Source of the DNA: Nanobdellota archaeon | GTDB lineage: Archaea > Nanobdellota > Nanobdellia > Pacearchaeales > GW2011-AR1 | Direction: 5' to 3' | Assembly (NCBI GenBank): GCA_038045825.1 | Contig: JBBSXJ010000001.1 | Span: forward strand, 6,281 to 70,280 | DNA: 64,000 nucleotides | Shown: piece by piece, positions 16,811 through 26,771 of the stretch | Position numbering within the stretch: position 1 is the stretch's first letter | Layout: every line of letters starts with the position of its first letter | Made by a program: the position numbers and the translations under genes | Notes under the pieces: generated by a model | Told to the model about the DNA's origin: nothing | What the model saw: only the letters and a program-made list of their open reading frames with translations | Databases searched by the model: none

Positions 16811-19060
16811 ATGGCAATGAGGAGATTGATAAAAATACTATCTTTTGGTTTATTTTTTATTCTCTTGCTTGTTTTTAATGTCAGTGCTCAAGCTTGCACA
16901 GATAATGAAAGAATACTAAGACTTTCAAGTACATCTAATGCTCATGGAGAAATATATAATGGATTAGGAAATTATGGGACTCAAATATGTTTTCCTAATT
17001 TATTTCCTGGTTACTCTATTGGAGCTAACCCTCATGATTGCATTATTCCAAATGAGGGGGCTGAACCCACTAATCTTGTTTTGAGACTTAGTGATGATAC
17101 TAACGCTCACGCTCAAGCGCCAGATTACACTGGAACAGCTTACCCTATAGATATTTGTTATGGAAGTCTAATTTGTGTTAGTAGTACGAGTGCTTGTCCT
17201 AGTGGGCAGACTGAAGTTGTTTCTCTCTTTTCTGATACTAATTCTAACCTTGAAACTGTTGGGACCAATAATTATGACACGAGAATTTGTTGCACTGCTT
17301 CTACTAATCCAAATATTTTGAATGCAAAGTGGAAATATTATGATGGCAGCGAAATACCTAATAATGACCCTCCTATAAATGTTTGCAGAAATAATTATAT
17401 AATTGCTAGCGCACAGACTGTTGGATTAAATGGTCAACAAATTACATTTAGATTTTTAGATGATGATTTAGGTTCTGATGACGAGATCATCCGTTTGAAT
17501 GCTAATGTGGTCAATAATAGGGCTGAAATAGCTTTAAATTTGGGTGACTCTGCAGTTCAGACAATTATACAAGGAGAGCTTGGAGGAACAGAAGGAGATG
17601 ATTTAGAATTATTATTTGAGGCAATTGCTCCTTCTGATACAGAAAGATCCTATCAAGTAACTTATCAAAATAATTCTGCCTTATGTTCATTCGAACCACC
17701 TCAAGCAAATATTGAGGCTCCCGTACATAGAGGGGTTTATTTTGCTAATACTGAGATTCCTTTCACTTCGGGATGTACAAGCCGAATAGGTCCTGTGACA
17801 AATGAATGGACAATTACTCCTCAGAATGGACAACCATTTACTCGAACTGAATCGACATTTAACCATACATTTACATCTCCAGGGCAAGTTAATGTAAAAT
17901 TAAAGTGTACTGATTTAGATGGAAGATTTGATGTCAATGAAAGTCAGATGTTAGTTGTTGCCAGCCCTTATGTTCTTGCTTACATTAACGAACCTAGATT
18001 GAATGAAATCACATACAGAGTTCCTCCTGTTTCTGGACCTTACTTCCCTAATGAATTTTCATTCAATGCTTCTGATAGTTTCGCTGTTGATTCTAGCGGA
18101 TGTACTCTTGTATGTATAGGTGGAAACTGCCCTATTGAAACTGAGAACTCTCTTCTATCTTGCGGAGCAAGTGGAGGACCAATACCTATTACTCCTCAAG
18201 CTGGTGGTTACTCCAGTTTATTCTTTAACTGGACTTTCTTAGATAGTGACTGGACTAGTGAATGGTCTAGTTTTGAAACTGGAAATGGAATATATTCAGG
18301 ATCTGTTCAGTATGATGATATGTCAAATACATTGAATGATAAGAGAATAATAGTAAACGTTAGATATACTAATGGAGCAAGTGCTCAATTTGAAAGAGAA
18401 TTTACATTGGGAAGATGCTTGAATAATGGAAATACATACTATGCTTCCCAAACTGAAAGTTATTCTACAAATGAAGCTAATGATAAATGTAAAGGTGGAG
18501 ATGGTTCTGCTGGAACTGCAGATGATTGTTGTGCTACAGGACTTCAATGTCTTCATGGAACTACTGCAAATCCATTGTACTCGTGTCAAATACCTTCTGG
18601 AGGAATGGTTACAGAATGTGAAGACTTTAGAAATCAATCTGAATGCAATGGAAATACAAACCCTGCGATTCCTCAAGCATCTTATGGAGGAAACCCTCCT
18701 GCTTGTACTACATTAAGATGTCAATGGTCTAGCACGTCTAATTCATGTGGATTGAATGTGACTACATATCAATCATCTTCTACTACTGGAGCATGTAGTT
18801 CTGGACCAGGAGCAATAATTACTAGTTCATGTTCTTATACTACAAGTACAAGTGAATGTGTTAATGGGAGAAAAACTATAAGCTATTCAACCACTGGAGG
18901 AGTAGCTTGTCAAAGAAATCCTGTAATTGTTCCTTGTGGCTCATTGAGTTTTGAGCTTGGATTCTTTACATTAAGAGAATTCTTACTTTCTATTCTACTA
19001 ATTGGAGCGATATATTTCGTATTCAACATTAGAAAGGAAATTAAGAATAATGAAAAGTAA
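16811..19060 (+). CDS. large Cys-rich secreted surface protein with PKD-like domain and C-terminal TM anchor
   Basis: It has a signal peptide 'LSFGLFFILLLVFNVSAQA'. Three N-terminal repeats have the form 'RLS..TNAH....Y...IC'. A PKD-like segment reads 'WTITPQNGQPFTRTESTFNHTFTSPGQVNVKLKCTD'. The C-terminal part is Cys-rich, followed by the TM 'FLLSILLIGAIYFVF'. Confidence 0.7.
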   Translation: MAMRRLIKILSFGLFFILLLVFNVSAQACTDNERILRLSSTSNAHGEIYNGLGNYGTQICFPNLFPGYSIGANPHDCIIPNEGAEPTNLVLRLSDDTNAHAQAPDYTGTAYPIDICYGSLICVSSTSACPSGQTEVVSLFSDTNSNLETVGTNNYDTRICCTASTNPNILNAKWKYYDGSEIPNNDPPINVCRNNYIIASAQTVGLNGQQITFRFLDDDLGSDDEIIRLNANVVNNRAEIALNLGDSAVQTIIQGELGGTEGDDLELLFEAIAPSDTERSYQVTYQNNSALCSFEPPQANIEAPVHRGVYFANTEIPFTSGCTSRIGPVTNEWTITPQNGQPFTRTESTFNHTFTSPGQVNVKLKCTDLDGRFDVNESQMLVVASPYVLAYINEPRLNEITYRVPPVSGPYFPNEFSFNASDSFAVDSSGCTLVCIGGNCPIETENSLLSCGASGGPIPITPQAGGYSSLFFNWTFLDSDWTSEWSSFETGNGIYSGSVQYDDMSNTLNDKRIIVNVRYTNGASAQFEREFTLGRCLNNGNTYYASQTESYSTNEANDKCKGGDGSAGTADDCCATGLQCLHGTTANPLYSCQIPSGGMVTECEDFRNQSECNGNTNPAIPQASYGGNPPACTTLRCQWSSTSNSCGLNVTTYQSSSTTGACSSGPGAIITSSCSYTTSTSECVNGRKTISYSTTGGVACQRNPVIVPCGSLSFELGFFTLREFLLSILLIGAIYFVFNIRKEIKNNEK

Positions 19061-21764
19061 GTTAATTATTGCAACTTTTGCTTTTGTTCTTTTTGGAGTT
19101 ATTGGTGTTTTTGCGAGCGTAAATCATCTGCATAATACTATTGCAACGAATTATTCTGATGGAGATGCAATAAGAGGAAATATCAACTTGAGATTGAGTA
19201 ATGAACCTGGAGATACTCAATTAACAAGTAACTTTCCTGGAAGTTTGACTCTTTTAGAGCTTATAGAAAATCAGACTGGATTAATTGAAGGAATTGATTA
19301 TAATTGTTCTACTAATTGGTGTTTGAATGATTACTCTTCATCTGGAGTTGTTCAACAAATTCAAATTGATTCTGGGAGTGTTGATTACACCGGATTTAAA
19401 ATAGAGGGTTCAGGAGTTGAAGTTAAAGATTCTAAAGTTAGAATAAGCTCTAATGCGCCTTCCAGTTGCACTCCAAATCTTTACGTTGATTTACTTTCAG
19501 ATGGAGATAATATACTTACAAGCCAAGGAAATGGAGAAAGCTGTGGAATAAGACATACTGGATGTTATGACCAATCAAACACTTTGCTTGCAAACATAGT
19601 TACAGGAAGACAGTATTGTGAAAAGATAAGCATCCCTCAGGCTCCTGGTTTCATAGTTGGAGCTCAAATAAAACAAGGAACTGGGGATTCAAATCTGACA
19701 GTTAAATTATATGATGGAGACAGAGATAGTACATCTCTTCTTGGTTCATGCAAGTTGCCTCAAAACTTGCAGCAGACTCAGGAAAGAAGCTGTGTTATAA
19801 ACTATTCATCATACGAAACTAGAGAGTATTATGTTTGCATATCAACAAGTGTAAATAATGGATATCAAATCGGTCAGGAGACTAATTCTCCTACATGCGG
19901 AACTGCTCAAGGATTTAATTCATTGAACAGCGATTTTGATATATTTGCTGAGACTGAAAGATATGCTGCATCTCCAAGTTTTGTAATAAATGTAAGCACT
20001 TACAAAAAGGCTTTCAATTTGAATCTTACTCAAGTTATAGACCAATATATCCAGAATTTATATGATGGGAATTGTCAGAATGATTGTTTTGTGCCAATGA
20101 AAATATTTGGAGAAAACCAGACTGTTTTATTTAGTGATCCTGAGCTAAAATATGAAAGCTTTGGAGCATCACTTGCACCCATACAGGAGATTAATTCGCT
20201 GGATTACGAATCTACAAGAATAACATCTAATAACTTGAGTCTTGATATATCAAAAGCAAACTTTGTAATACCTATAGCTAGTAGTGAAAATGATTTTAGA
20301 CTTTATTTAAATGGAGATAATTTTCTTTCAAAGTCAATAAACATAAGAAGAAGCTTTTTGTTCGACATAAATCCAAAGTCTGTTGCATTTGGACAAAATG
20401 TGAGATTTAATGCTACTTCTGCTGTTAGGATTACAAGAACAATATGGAATTTTGGAGATGGAACTCCTGTTCAAACAGTTAATGGTACATCAATATACCA
20501 TGCTTTCACGAGGAATGGAACTTCATTCACAGTTAATGTTACTGCAATATCCAATAATACTCAAGCTACAAGACAATTTACAGTTTTTGTAGGAAACCCA
20601 AGAGACATAGCTAATTTGACAATAATAGAATATAGAAGAAGATTAACAAATATTACTAGTCAAATAAATGGATATCCTTCATGGGCTGTGCCTAAAATAC
20701 AAAGTATAGTAAGTATTAACAATATGACTTCTAGACTGAATTCTATTGAACTTGATTTTAGAAATGCTACTTTAGAGGAAGATTATCAAAATGTGATGCT
20801 TGACCTAATTAACTTAGATGTGCCTGCTTATGTCTCAGCAACAAACTCAGGAGATAACCTTCCACTAAGCTTAGGATATGAAAATATTAATCCATCTTAT
20901 ATAGAAGAGATTGAAAATAAAGACTTACAGAATAGTGGATTAAGGGAACAAATAGTTGCTTGGATGAATGATAACTTCAATCCAGAAATATCATTTAGAA
21001 AGATACAGAGAATAGGAAATAGTGGAACACAACCTGTAGGAGCATTATTTACAATAAAAACTAATCCACTTACATCTATTGATGATAATGTATACCTGAT
21101 ATTTGGACAGGATGTAGAGAACTTTGGTGTTTACAGAACAAATTATAATCCTTTGTCAGTTACATCGGGAACAGATTATATTTTGCTTGATACTTCTAAG
21201 TCAGAGACATTTGAATTTTTTGTAGAGGGAGATTTTGATGCAGAGACTCTTGGAGCATATATTGCACCATCTCTTGACATTCTTGGAAATATTGAAGCGC
21301 CTTCAGGGGTTTGTGAAATAAATGATATATGTGAGTCTGGAGAAAGCGCTGATTCTTGTCCAGAAGATTGTTCAAGAAGGTGGTTTAAGTTTACAATAAT
21401 TGGATGGATATTGGTTGCAATAGGAGCAATTATTGGTTACATAGTATTGCAGGAATGGTATAAGCGCAATTATCAGAAAAGTCTATTCCCTAACTCAAAT
21501 GATTTATTCAATTTGATTAATTTCATATACAATGCGAGAAAATCTGGTCTTTCTGATTCTGATATCAAGACAAAGTTGAAACAGCAACAATGGTCAAATG
21601 AGAGAATAGGATTTGCATTTAAAAAGATAGATGGTAAGAGGGTTGGAATGCTTGAAATTCCTATATTTACACGCAAGGAACATAAAGAAATAGTAAAACA
21701 AATAGAGAATAGGCAAAAAGCACCTGTTGACGCAAGATTTATTAAAAGACCTTATTATCAATGA
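19050..21764 (+). CDS. large secreted surface protein with PKD domain, C-terminal TM and cytoplasmic tail
   Basis: The likely start is the ATG at 19050 ('MKSKLIIATFAFVLFGVIGVFA'); the track ORF begins at 19002. PKD motif: 'WNFGDGTPVQTVNGTSIYHAFTRNGTSFTVNVTAISN'. The TM 'FTIIGWILVAIGAIIGYIVL' is followed by a ~110-aa tail. Confidence 0.7.
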   Translation: MKSKLIIATFAFVLFGVIGVFASVNHLHNTIATNYSDGDAIRGNINLRLSNEPGDTQLTSNFPGSLTLLELIENQTGLIEGIDYNCSTNWCLNDYSSSGVVQQIQIDSGSVDYTGFKIEGSGVEVKDSKVRISSNAPSSCTPNLYVDLLSDGDNILTSQGNGESCGIRHTGCYDQSNTLLANIVTGRQYCEKISIPQAPGFIVGAQIKQGTGDSNLTVKLYDGDRDSTSLLGSCKLPQNLQQTQERSCVINYSSYETREYYVCISTSVNNGYQIGQETNSPTCGTAQGFNSLNSDFDIFAETERYAASPSFVINVSTYKKAFNLNLTQVIDQYIQNLYDGNCQNDCFVPMKIFGENQTVLFSDPELKYESFGASLAPIQEINSLDYESTRITSNNLSLDISKANFVIPIASSENDFRLYLNGDNFLSKSINIRRSFLFDINPKSVAFGQNVRFNATSAVRITRTIWNFGDGTPVQTVNGTSIYHAFTRNGTSFTVNVTAISNNTQATRQFTVFVGNPRDIANLTIIEYRRRLTNITSQINGYPSWAVPKIQSIVSINNMTSRLNSIELDFRNATLEEDYQNVMLDLINLDVPAYVSATNSGDNLPLSLGYENINPSYIEEIENKDLQNSGLREQIVAWMNDNFNPEISFRKIQRIGNSGTQPVGALFTIKTNPLTSIDDNVYLIFGQDVENFGVYRTNYNPLSVTSGTDYILLDTSKSETFEFFVEGDFDAETLGAYIAPSLDILGNIEAPSGVCEINDICESGESADSCPEDCSRRWFKFTIIGWILVAIGAIIGYIVLQEWYKRNYQKSLFPNSNDLFNLINFIYNARKSGLSDSDIKTKLKQQQWSNERIGFAFKKIDGKRVGMLEIPIFTRKEHKEIVKQIENRQKAPVDARFIKRPYYQ

Positions 21765-22390
21765 GCATGTTAAAGATATTATCAAGATTATTCGGAATTT
21801 TCAGGAGGAGAGACAACTTAAAGATAGGTTTCTATGGCCCTCCTAACGCAGGAAAGACAAGTCTTGCTAATTTATTATGTAAAGACTGGACTGGAGAGGA
21901 ACTTGGAAGCGTAAGTGAAATTCCTCACGAGACAAGACATGTTCAATTTAAAGAAAAAGTGGAAATAGAACACAAGGGAAAGAAAATGGTCTTGAAAATA
22001 GTCGATACTCCTGGAATTGCTACTAAGATAGATTATGAAGACTTTCTTGGATATGGGATTGGTAAACAAGATGCAAAGAAAAGAGCCAAGGAAGCAACTC
22101 AGGGAATAATTGAGGCTATCAAGTGGCTTGATGATATGGATGCTGTTGTAATTGTCCTTGATTCTGCAGAGAACCCTTATTCTCAAGTAAACTTAACTAT
22201 AATAGGAAATCTTCTTGCTAGAAAGATTCCTGTTCTTGTTGTTGCAAACAAAATAGATTTGAGAAAGTCAAATGTTAAAAAGATAGAAGCTGCGTTCCCT
22301 GAATATCCTGTTGTTGGTATATCTGCAAGAAAAGCTATGAATATGAATGAATTTTACGATGCTCTCTTCAAACTAACTAAAAAAGTTTGA
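21761..22390 (+). CDS. small GTP-binding protein
   Basis: G1 'GPPNAGKTS', G3 'DTPG' and G4 'NKID'. There is an ATGA overlap with the surface-protein gene. Confidence 0.85.
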   Translation: MSMLKILSRLFGIFRRRDNLKIGFYGPPNAGKTSLANLLCKDWTGEELGSVSEIPHETRHVQFKEKVEIEHKGKKMVLKIVDTPGIATKIDYEDFLGYGIGKQDAKKRAKEATQGIIEAIKWLDDMDAVVIVLDSAENPYSQVNLTIIGNLLARKIPVLVVANKIDLRKSNVKKIEAAFPEYPVVGISARKAMNMNEFYDALFKLTKKV

Positions 22391-22402
22391 GGTAAAATTA
22401 AT

Positions 22403-22798
22403 ATGATAGTGAAAAAAAACAACAAGTTGAAAGGATTAAGCATACATATTATGCCTTATTCTGAGATAAGAGAGCTTACAATAACTGAAAGAGTCAAGAA
22501 GATACTTAATTTAATCCTGGGGAATAGAGTGGTGATACTCCAAGGAAGATTAAGGCCTGAAGAGGAGATAAGGCTTATTGAAGATACTATGGCGATGGTC
22601 GATCATATAAAGACTTTCAAAGGGATTGAACTTGCTGTTGTTGACTCAAATAAAGATGAAGGTTTCTTCTTAAGAATGAAGAGAGGAATTGCTAGAGGAT
22701 TGACTGGAGAATCTAATTCTTTGACAGTTATAGGGCCTGCCTCAATTGTAAAGGAAATAAAGAAAGACCCTTCTAAGATTGAAGTATTCTTCGGTTGA
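22403..22798 (+). CDS. conserved archaeal protein (DUF2073-like)
   Basis: 'VVILQGRLRPEEEIRLIEDTMAMVD..FKGIEL' matches my recollection of the DUF2073 family that accompanies this GTPase in archaea. Confidence 0.5.
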   Translation: MIVKKNNKLKGLSIHIMPYSEIRELTITERVKKILNLILGNRVVILQGRLRPEEEIRLIEDTMAMVDHIKTFKGIELAVVDSNKDEGFFLRMKRGIARGLTGESNSLTVIGPASIVKEIKKDPSKIEVFFG

Positions 22799-22843
22799 TT
22801 TTATACGACAATATTTATTAATATCAAAATTTGATAGAATTCC

Positions 22844-23272
22844 GTGCCACATAAATGTATACACTGCTCAGAAGTTTATCCTGACGGATCTAAAGAAGTC
22901 CTTGAAGGATGTAGCAAATGCAATAGTAGATTCTTCTTCTTTGTAAGCATGGATAAATACAATAAAATATTATCTGCTAATCCTGCAAAGGAACAGTCAA
23001 AACCACAAGAAGAACAGATAGAGACATTGTCAATACTTGATGAATTAAGTTCTGAAGATAAGAAACACATGGAACAGGATGTGCGTGAAATAATGGGTAT
23101 TGAAGAGATAGATGCTCCTGTAATACTTGATTTAGAGACTGTTAAAGTTACCAGCCCTGGTAAATACCTGCTCGATATACCTAATTTATTCAGTAAGGAA
23201 CGCCCTTTGGTTTACAAATTAGAAGATGGCAAGTATGTTATTGATTTGTCTTCTAGTATTCGTAAGAAGTGA
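22844..23272 (+). CDS. Zn-ribbon protein (DUF2072-like)
   Basis: GTG start. It has an N-terminal CxxC...CxxC ribbon 'HKCIHCSEVYPDGSKEVLEGCSKCNSRFFFFV'. Confidence 0.55.
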   Translation: MPHKCIHCSEVYPDGSKEVLEGCSKCNSRFFFFVSMDKYNKILSANPAKEQSKPQEEQIETLSILDELSSEDKKHMEQDVREIMGIEEIDAPVILDLETVKVTSPGKYLLDIPNLFSKERPLVYKLEDGKYVIDLSSSIRKK

Positions 23273-23273
23273 T

Positions 23274-23495
23274 TTAAATTGACTTAGAAATTGCTTCTTC
23301 GATTATTTCAGATATTGATTTCCTTGTTTTCTCCCTAATGCTTTTTAACTTATTAATTAATCTCTTGCTCAGAGTAATGTCTATTCTTTTTCTTCCTATT
23401 GGCCATTCACGAGTCCTGTCATAATTCTCAAGTATTTCAAATACATATTTACCTTCTTTCATTATTTTATTATGTAACTTTTTATTTAATTGCAT
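23274..23495 (-). CDS. ribbon-helix-helix-like putative antitoxin
   Basis: The C-terminal 'RKSISEIIEEAISKSI' is typical of CopG/RHH proteins. It overlaps the 3' end of the Doc gene by 14 nt. Confidence 0.5.
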   Translation of the reverse strand: MQLNKKLHNKIMKEGKYVFEILENYDRTREWPIGRKRIDITLSKRLINKLKSIREKTRKSISEIIEEAISKSI

Positions 23496-23823
23496 TTTTA
23501 AGACGCTCCTCTATTGCCCTAATTTGAGATATATTCTTTGAAGCTATTGATAGTATATGATGGGCTATTAAATCCTGATTGACTGATTTATTTAATTGGT
23601 TAGCAAATACAAAAGCTAGATAAGCTGCAGTTCTTTTATTCCCATCTGTAAATGGATGATCTACTAATATTACTCTAAATAAATAAGCTAACTTTTTATA
23701 TTCTCCAATTTTATTGTTTTCTTCGTGTTTCAGAGCAAAGTCAAGACTAGCCTCATTTCTTATGCTTCCACCAAATCCTTTGTTTATTCTAATTATATCT
23801 TCTTTACTTATTTTCATACACAT
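23482..23823 (-). CDS. doc: Doc/Fic-family toxin
   Basis: It has the Fic/Doc core motif 'HPFTDGNKRTA'. Confidence 0.85.
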   Translation of the reverse strand: MCMKISKEDIIRINKGFGGSIRNEASLDFALKHEENNKIGEYKKLAYLFRVILVDHPFTDGNKRTAAYLAFVFANQLNKSVNQDLIAHHILSIASKNISQIRAIEERLKNAIK

Positions 23824-23928
23824 AAATATACGTAAGCAATATATAAGCTTTTCTAAAACTATATGAACTTTATTAGAACCATGGGTTCTACTGTAAAGGT
23901 TTTAAAGTAATTAGTCATTATATACGCC

Positions 23929-25206
23929 ATGCCAGACATCAAGAAAATAGTCTCTGAACAAATAAAGAAATTAAAACCAGATATTGAGTCAATAAATGAA
24001 CTTAATAAAAGAAGCAAAGATTTTATTGCTAAACTTGAGAAAGAAATATCTAAAGCTAAAGTTAATGCTGATGTTTTCGTTGGAGGAAGCTTTGCTAAAG
24101 GCACTCTTTTGAAATCAGATAATTATGATGTGGATATTTTTGTAAGATTTGATAAAAAATATGAGAACTTATCTGATAGACTTGAGAGATTCTTAAATGC
24201 TGTATGTATGAATCTTAATTTAGATGTTGAAAGAGTTCATGGAAGTAGAGATTATTTTATTATAAGAGATAAAAAGATGTTTGGATATTTCGAAGTGATT
24301 CCAGTAAATAAAATATCAAGTCCTAAAGATGAAAAGAATGTTACTGATTTAACTTATTTTCATGGGCCTTATGTAAAAAAAAGGATAAATGGATTTGAAG
24401 ATCAAGTAAGAGTTGCTAAGAAATTCATGAAGGCTCAGGAAGTTTATGGTGCTGAAACTTATGTAAAGGGTTTCTCTGGGTATACTGTTGAACTTTTAAT
24501 AATAAAATACAAATCTTTTGTTAAAATGCTTAAAGAACTACTGAAAGTTACTTCTGAGAAAAGACTTGTAATTGATATTGAAAAGAAATATAAGAATTCT
24601 AATGAAGTTTTCATTCAACTTAACGAGGCTAAAATACATTCTCCAGTAATATTAATTGATCCTACATATAAAGAAAGAAATGCGCTTGCAGCTTTATCAC
24701 ACGATACTTTTGTTAAGTTTCAGGATTCTGCTCGTGCTTTTCTTAAGTCTCCATCTAGTAATTTCTTTGAGAAGAAAGATATTGATTTCAACAAACTAAG
24801 AGAAAAGAATAAAGATAATTTTATTTCTATACAAATTCAAACAGATAAACAAGCGGGTGATATTGCTGGAACTAAACTAAAGAAGTTCTTTGAATTGGTT
24901 GTAAGAGAGGTAAAGAAAGATTTTATTTTGAATGATAGTTATTTCAGATATTCTGGAGGAAATATTGGGGAAGGATATCTAATCGCTAAACCGAAAAAAG
25001 AACTTGTTCGTATTGGACCACCATTGCATATGAAAAAAGCTATTTTGAGTTTTAAGAATAAACATGCTAATACATTTGAGAGGAACAAGCATATTCATGC
25101 GAGAATGAATATTGATTTTAATTTGCGTGAGTTTCTTGATTCATGGAAATCTGGTTCAAAGACTTTAATGGAACAAATGCATATAACTGACTTTAAGATA
25201 ACTTAA
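23929..25206 (+). CDS. cca: CCA-adding enzyme (archaeal class I tRNA nucleotidyltransferase)
   Basis: 'VFVGGSFAKGTLLKSDNYDVDIFVRF' is the Pol-beta NTase motif. The ~425 aa length and domain order are typical of archaeal Cca. Confidence 0.85.
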   Translation: MPDIKKIVSEQIKKLKPDIESINELNKRSKDFIAKLEKEISKAKVNADVFVGGSFAKGTLLKSDNYDVDIFVRFDKKYENLSDRLERFLNAVCMNLNLDVERVHGSRDYFIIRDKKMFGYFEVIPVNKISSPKDEKNVTDLTYFHGPYVKKRINGFEDQVRVAKKFMKAQEVYGAETYVKGFSGYTVELLIIKYKSFVKMLKELLKVTSEKRLVIDIEKKYKNSNEVFIQLNEAKIHSPVILIDPTYKERNALAALSHDTFVKFQDSARAFLKSPSSNFFEKKDIDFNKLREKNKDNFISIQIQTDKQAGDIAGTKLKKFFELVVREVKKDFILNDSYFRYSGGNIGEGYLIAKPKKELVRIGPPLHMKKAILSFKNKHANTFERNKHIHARMNIDFNLREFLDSWKSGSKTLMEQMHITDFKIT

Positions 25207-25910
25207 GCTGATTTTCTCACATCAAAAGTATAAAAGCCACCTGCATACCCCCATGAAGAATGTCCAACAGTTACCATATAACCAACTCCAAAAATTGGAG
25301 TCATTATTGAAGCTGTATTCTTAATTACTAGTCTTATATCTTTTTTAGTTCTTTCTGCAATTTGTGCTAATTTCTCTGGAGAAGTTTTATCTCCAGTCAA
25401 TAATATTGGATATTCCTCTGCTAATATGGTAAATGGATTATAAACTCCTGAATTTAATTCTGAAATGGGCATTACTCTTGCCCCTCCCCTACCTATTACA
25501 ACCCATCCAGATAAGTCTGACCCCACTACAGGTCTTAATTTATCCACAAGATCTTTTTCGTTAATTTTAACCTCTCTATTACCATATTCGTTCTCTCTAA
25601 ATTGAGGATTATCTAATGCAACAATTAAACCGGATTCTTTAATTTTAGTAATGGTATTTGCAATTAAAGGATTATACTTTCTATTTGCATACCCAATTAC
25701 TCTCTTTGCTTGCTCATTATCTTCATTAAGATAACTTGCATGCATCAAATTTAATAGCTCGCTGAATGTTGGAGGTCTAAATCCTTCTTCACAACCTGTC
25801 TGCAGTCTTTCTATATTTTCACCTATTTTTCTATTACTTAAAGAATAAACAGTTCCATCGACTTCAACAGTTTTACCATCTGGTGAAACATTAAAAGAAG
25901 GCTTTTTCAT
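25203..25910 (-). CDS. hypothetical protein
   Basis: A 235-aa ORF with no recognised motif. Confidence 0.5.
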   Translation of the reverse strand: MKKPSFNVSPDGKTVEVDGTVYSLSNRKIGENIERLQTGCEEGFRPPTFSELLNLMHASYLNEDNEQAKRVIGYANRKYNPLIANTITKIKESGLIVALDNPQFRENEYGNREVKINEKDLVDKLRPVVGSDLSGWVVIGRGGARVMPISELNSGVYNPFTILAEEYPILLTGDKTSPEKLAQIAERTKKDIRLVIKNTASIMTPIFGVGYMVTVGHSSWGYAGGFYTFDVRKSA

Positions 25911-25919
25911 CTAAACCTC

Positions 25920-26687
25920 TTAATTACCTTTATCAAGCATTGCTGAAAGAGAACTTGCGAAATATGGTGAATTTATCCATACTCCTACTTCTTCCTGCAT
26001 GTTCTCAGGATGAATCATTAAAAGCATTTCTTTCTTGTCGATTATGAAATATTTTCCTATTTGGTTTGATTCTTTTACTTTAAGGTCATTTCTTGATGCT
26101 ATTCTTTTTACTTTGTAGCTGTCACCTGAAAGAGATATTCTTAATTTTATTTCTTTGTTTATTTTACCTAGAACTGACAATAGAACTCTTGATTTGTCTT
26201 CAAAGTCTTCTGCTGTAGTATGAATTATAATTTCTTTTTGAGCAGAGTCAATCATTTCTTTTAGTTTTGAAAGTAAGTTTGATCTTCCCTTTATGTGTCC
26301 TGACAATTCTTCAAGCTTAACAGGAGATATTCCTTCTTTATGCAACTGAACTAACTCATCATATTCTTGAGTAGTCTTCAAGTTTGATAGAGTATTAACT
26401 TTTTCTTGAGCTTTTGTAAGAGTGTTTGTCTGCATTCTTTCTAGAACTGTTTTAGGCTCTACAGCAATGTATTTTACTGGTTTCCCAACCTTAACTATTG
26501 CGAACCCTCTTTTTGTTAAAGACTCTAGAACGTCGTATGTTCTTGATCTTGGAACACCTGATATTTCAGCTGTTTCTCCTGCAGTAACTATTCCTTTAGA
26601 AAGTAATGCAAGCCATACTTTAGTCTCATAGATATTAAGATCGAAGTGTTCTTTCACTTTGTTTACTATTTCTTGTTTTATTATCAT
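25920..26687 (-). CDS. TrmB-family transcriptional regulator
   Basis: N-terminal wHTH: 'ETKVWLALLSKGIVTAGETAEISGVPRSRTYDVLESLTKRGFA'. Confidence 0.8.
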   Translation of the reverse strand: MIIKQEIVNKVKEHFDLNIYETKVWLALLSKGIVTAGETAEISGVPRSRTYDVLESLTKRGFAIVKVGKPVKYIAVEPKTVLERMQTNTLTKAQEKVNTLSNLKTTQEYDELVQLHKEGISPVKLEELSGHIKGRSNLLSKLKEMIDSAQKEIIIHTTAEDFEDKSRVLLSVLGKINKEIKLRISLSGDSYKVKRIASRNDLKVKESNQIGKYFIIDKKEMLLMIHPENMQEEVGVWINSPYFASSLSAMLDKGN

Positions 26688-26771
26688 ATAGGAGCGAAAA
26701 TTTGAGGGTATTTAAAGGTTTCTAGTGTTGTAACTATAAAGGAGTTATATAATCAAAATAGTTATATACTA

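Noticed and set aside
18323-18716. Two overlapping ORFs (117 aa on the minus strand, 96 aa on the plus strand) inside the 16811-19060 gene
   Set aside because: They are embedded in a long ORF that has a signal peptide, PKD domain and TM anchor. Their products are low-complexity. They look like typical shadow ORFs.
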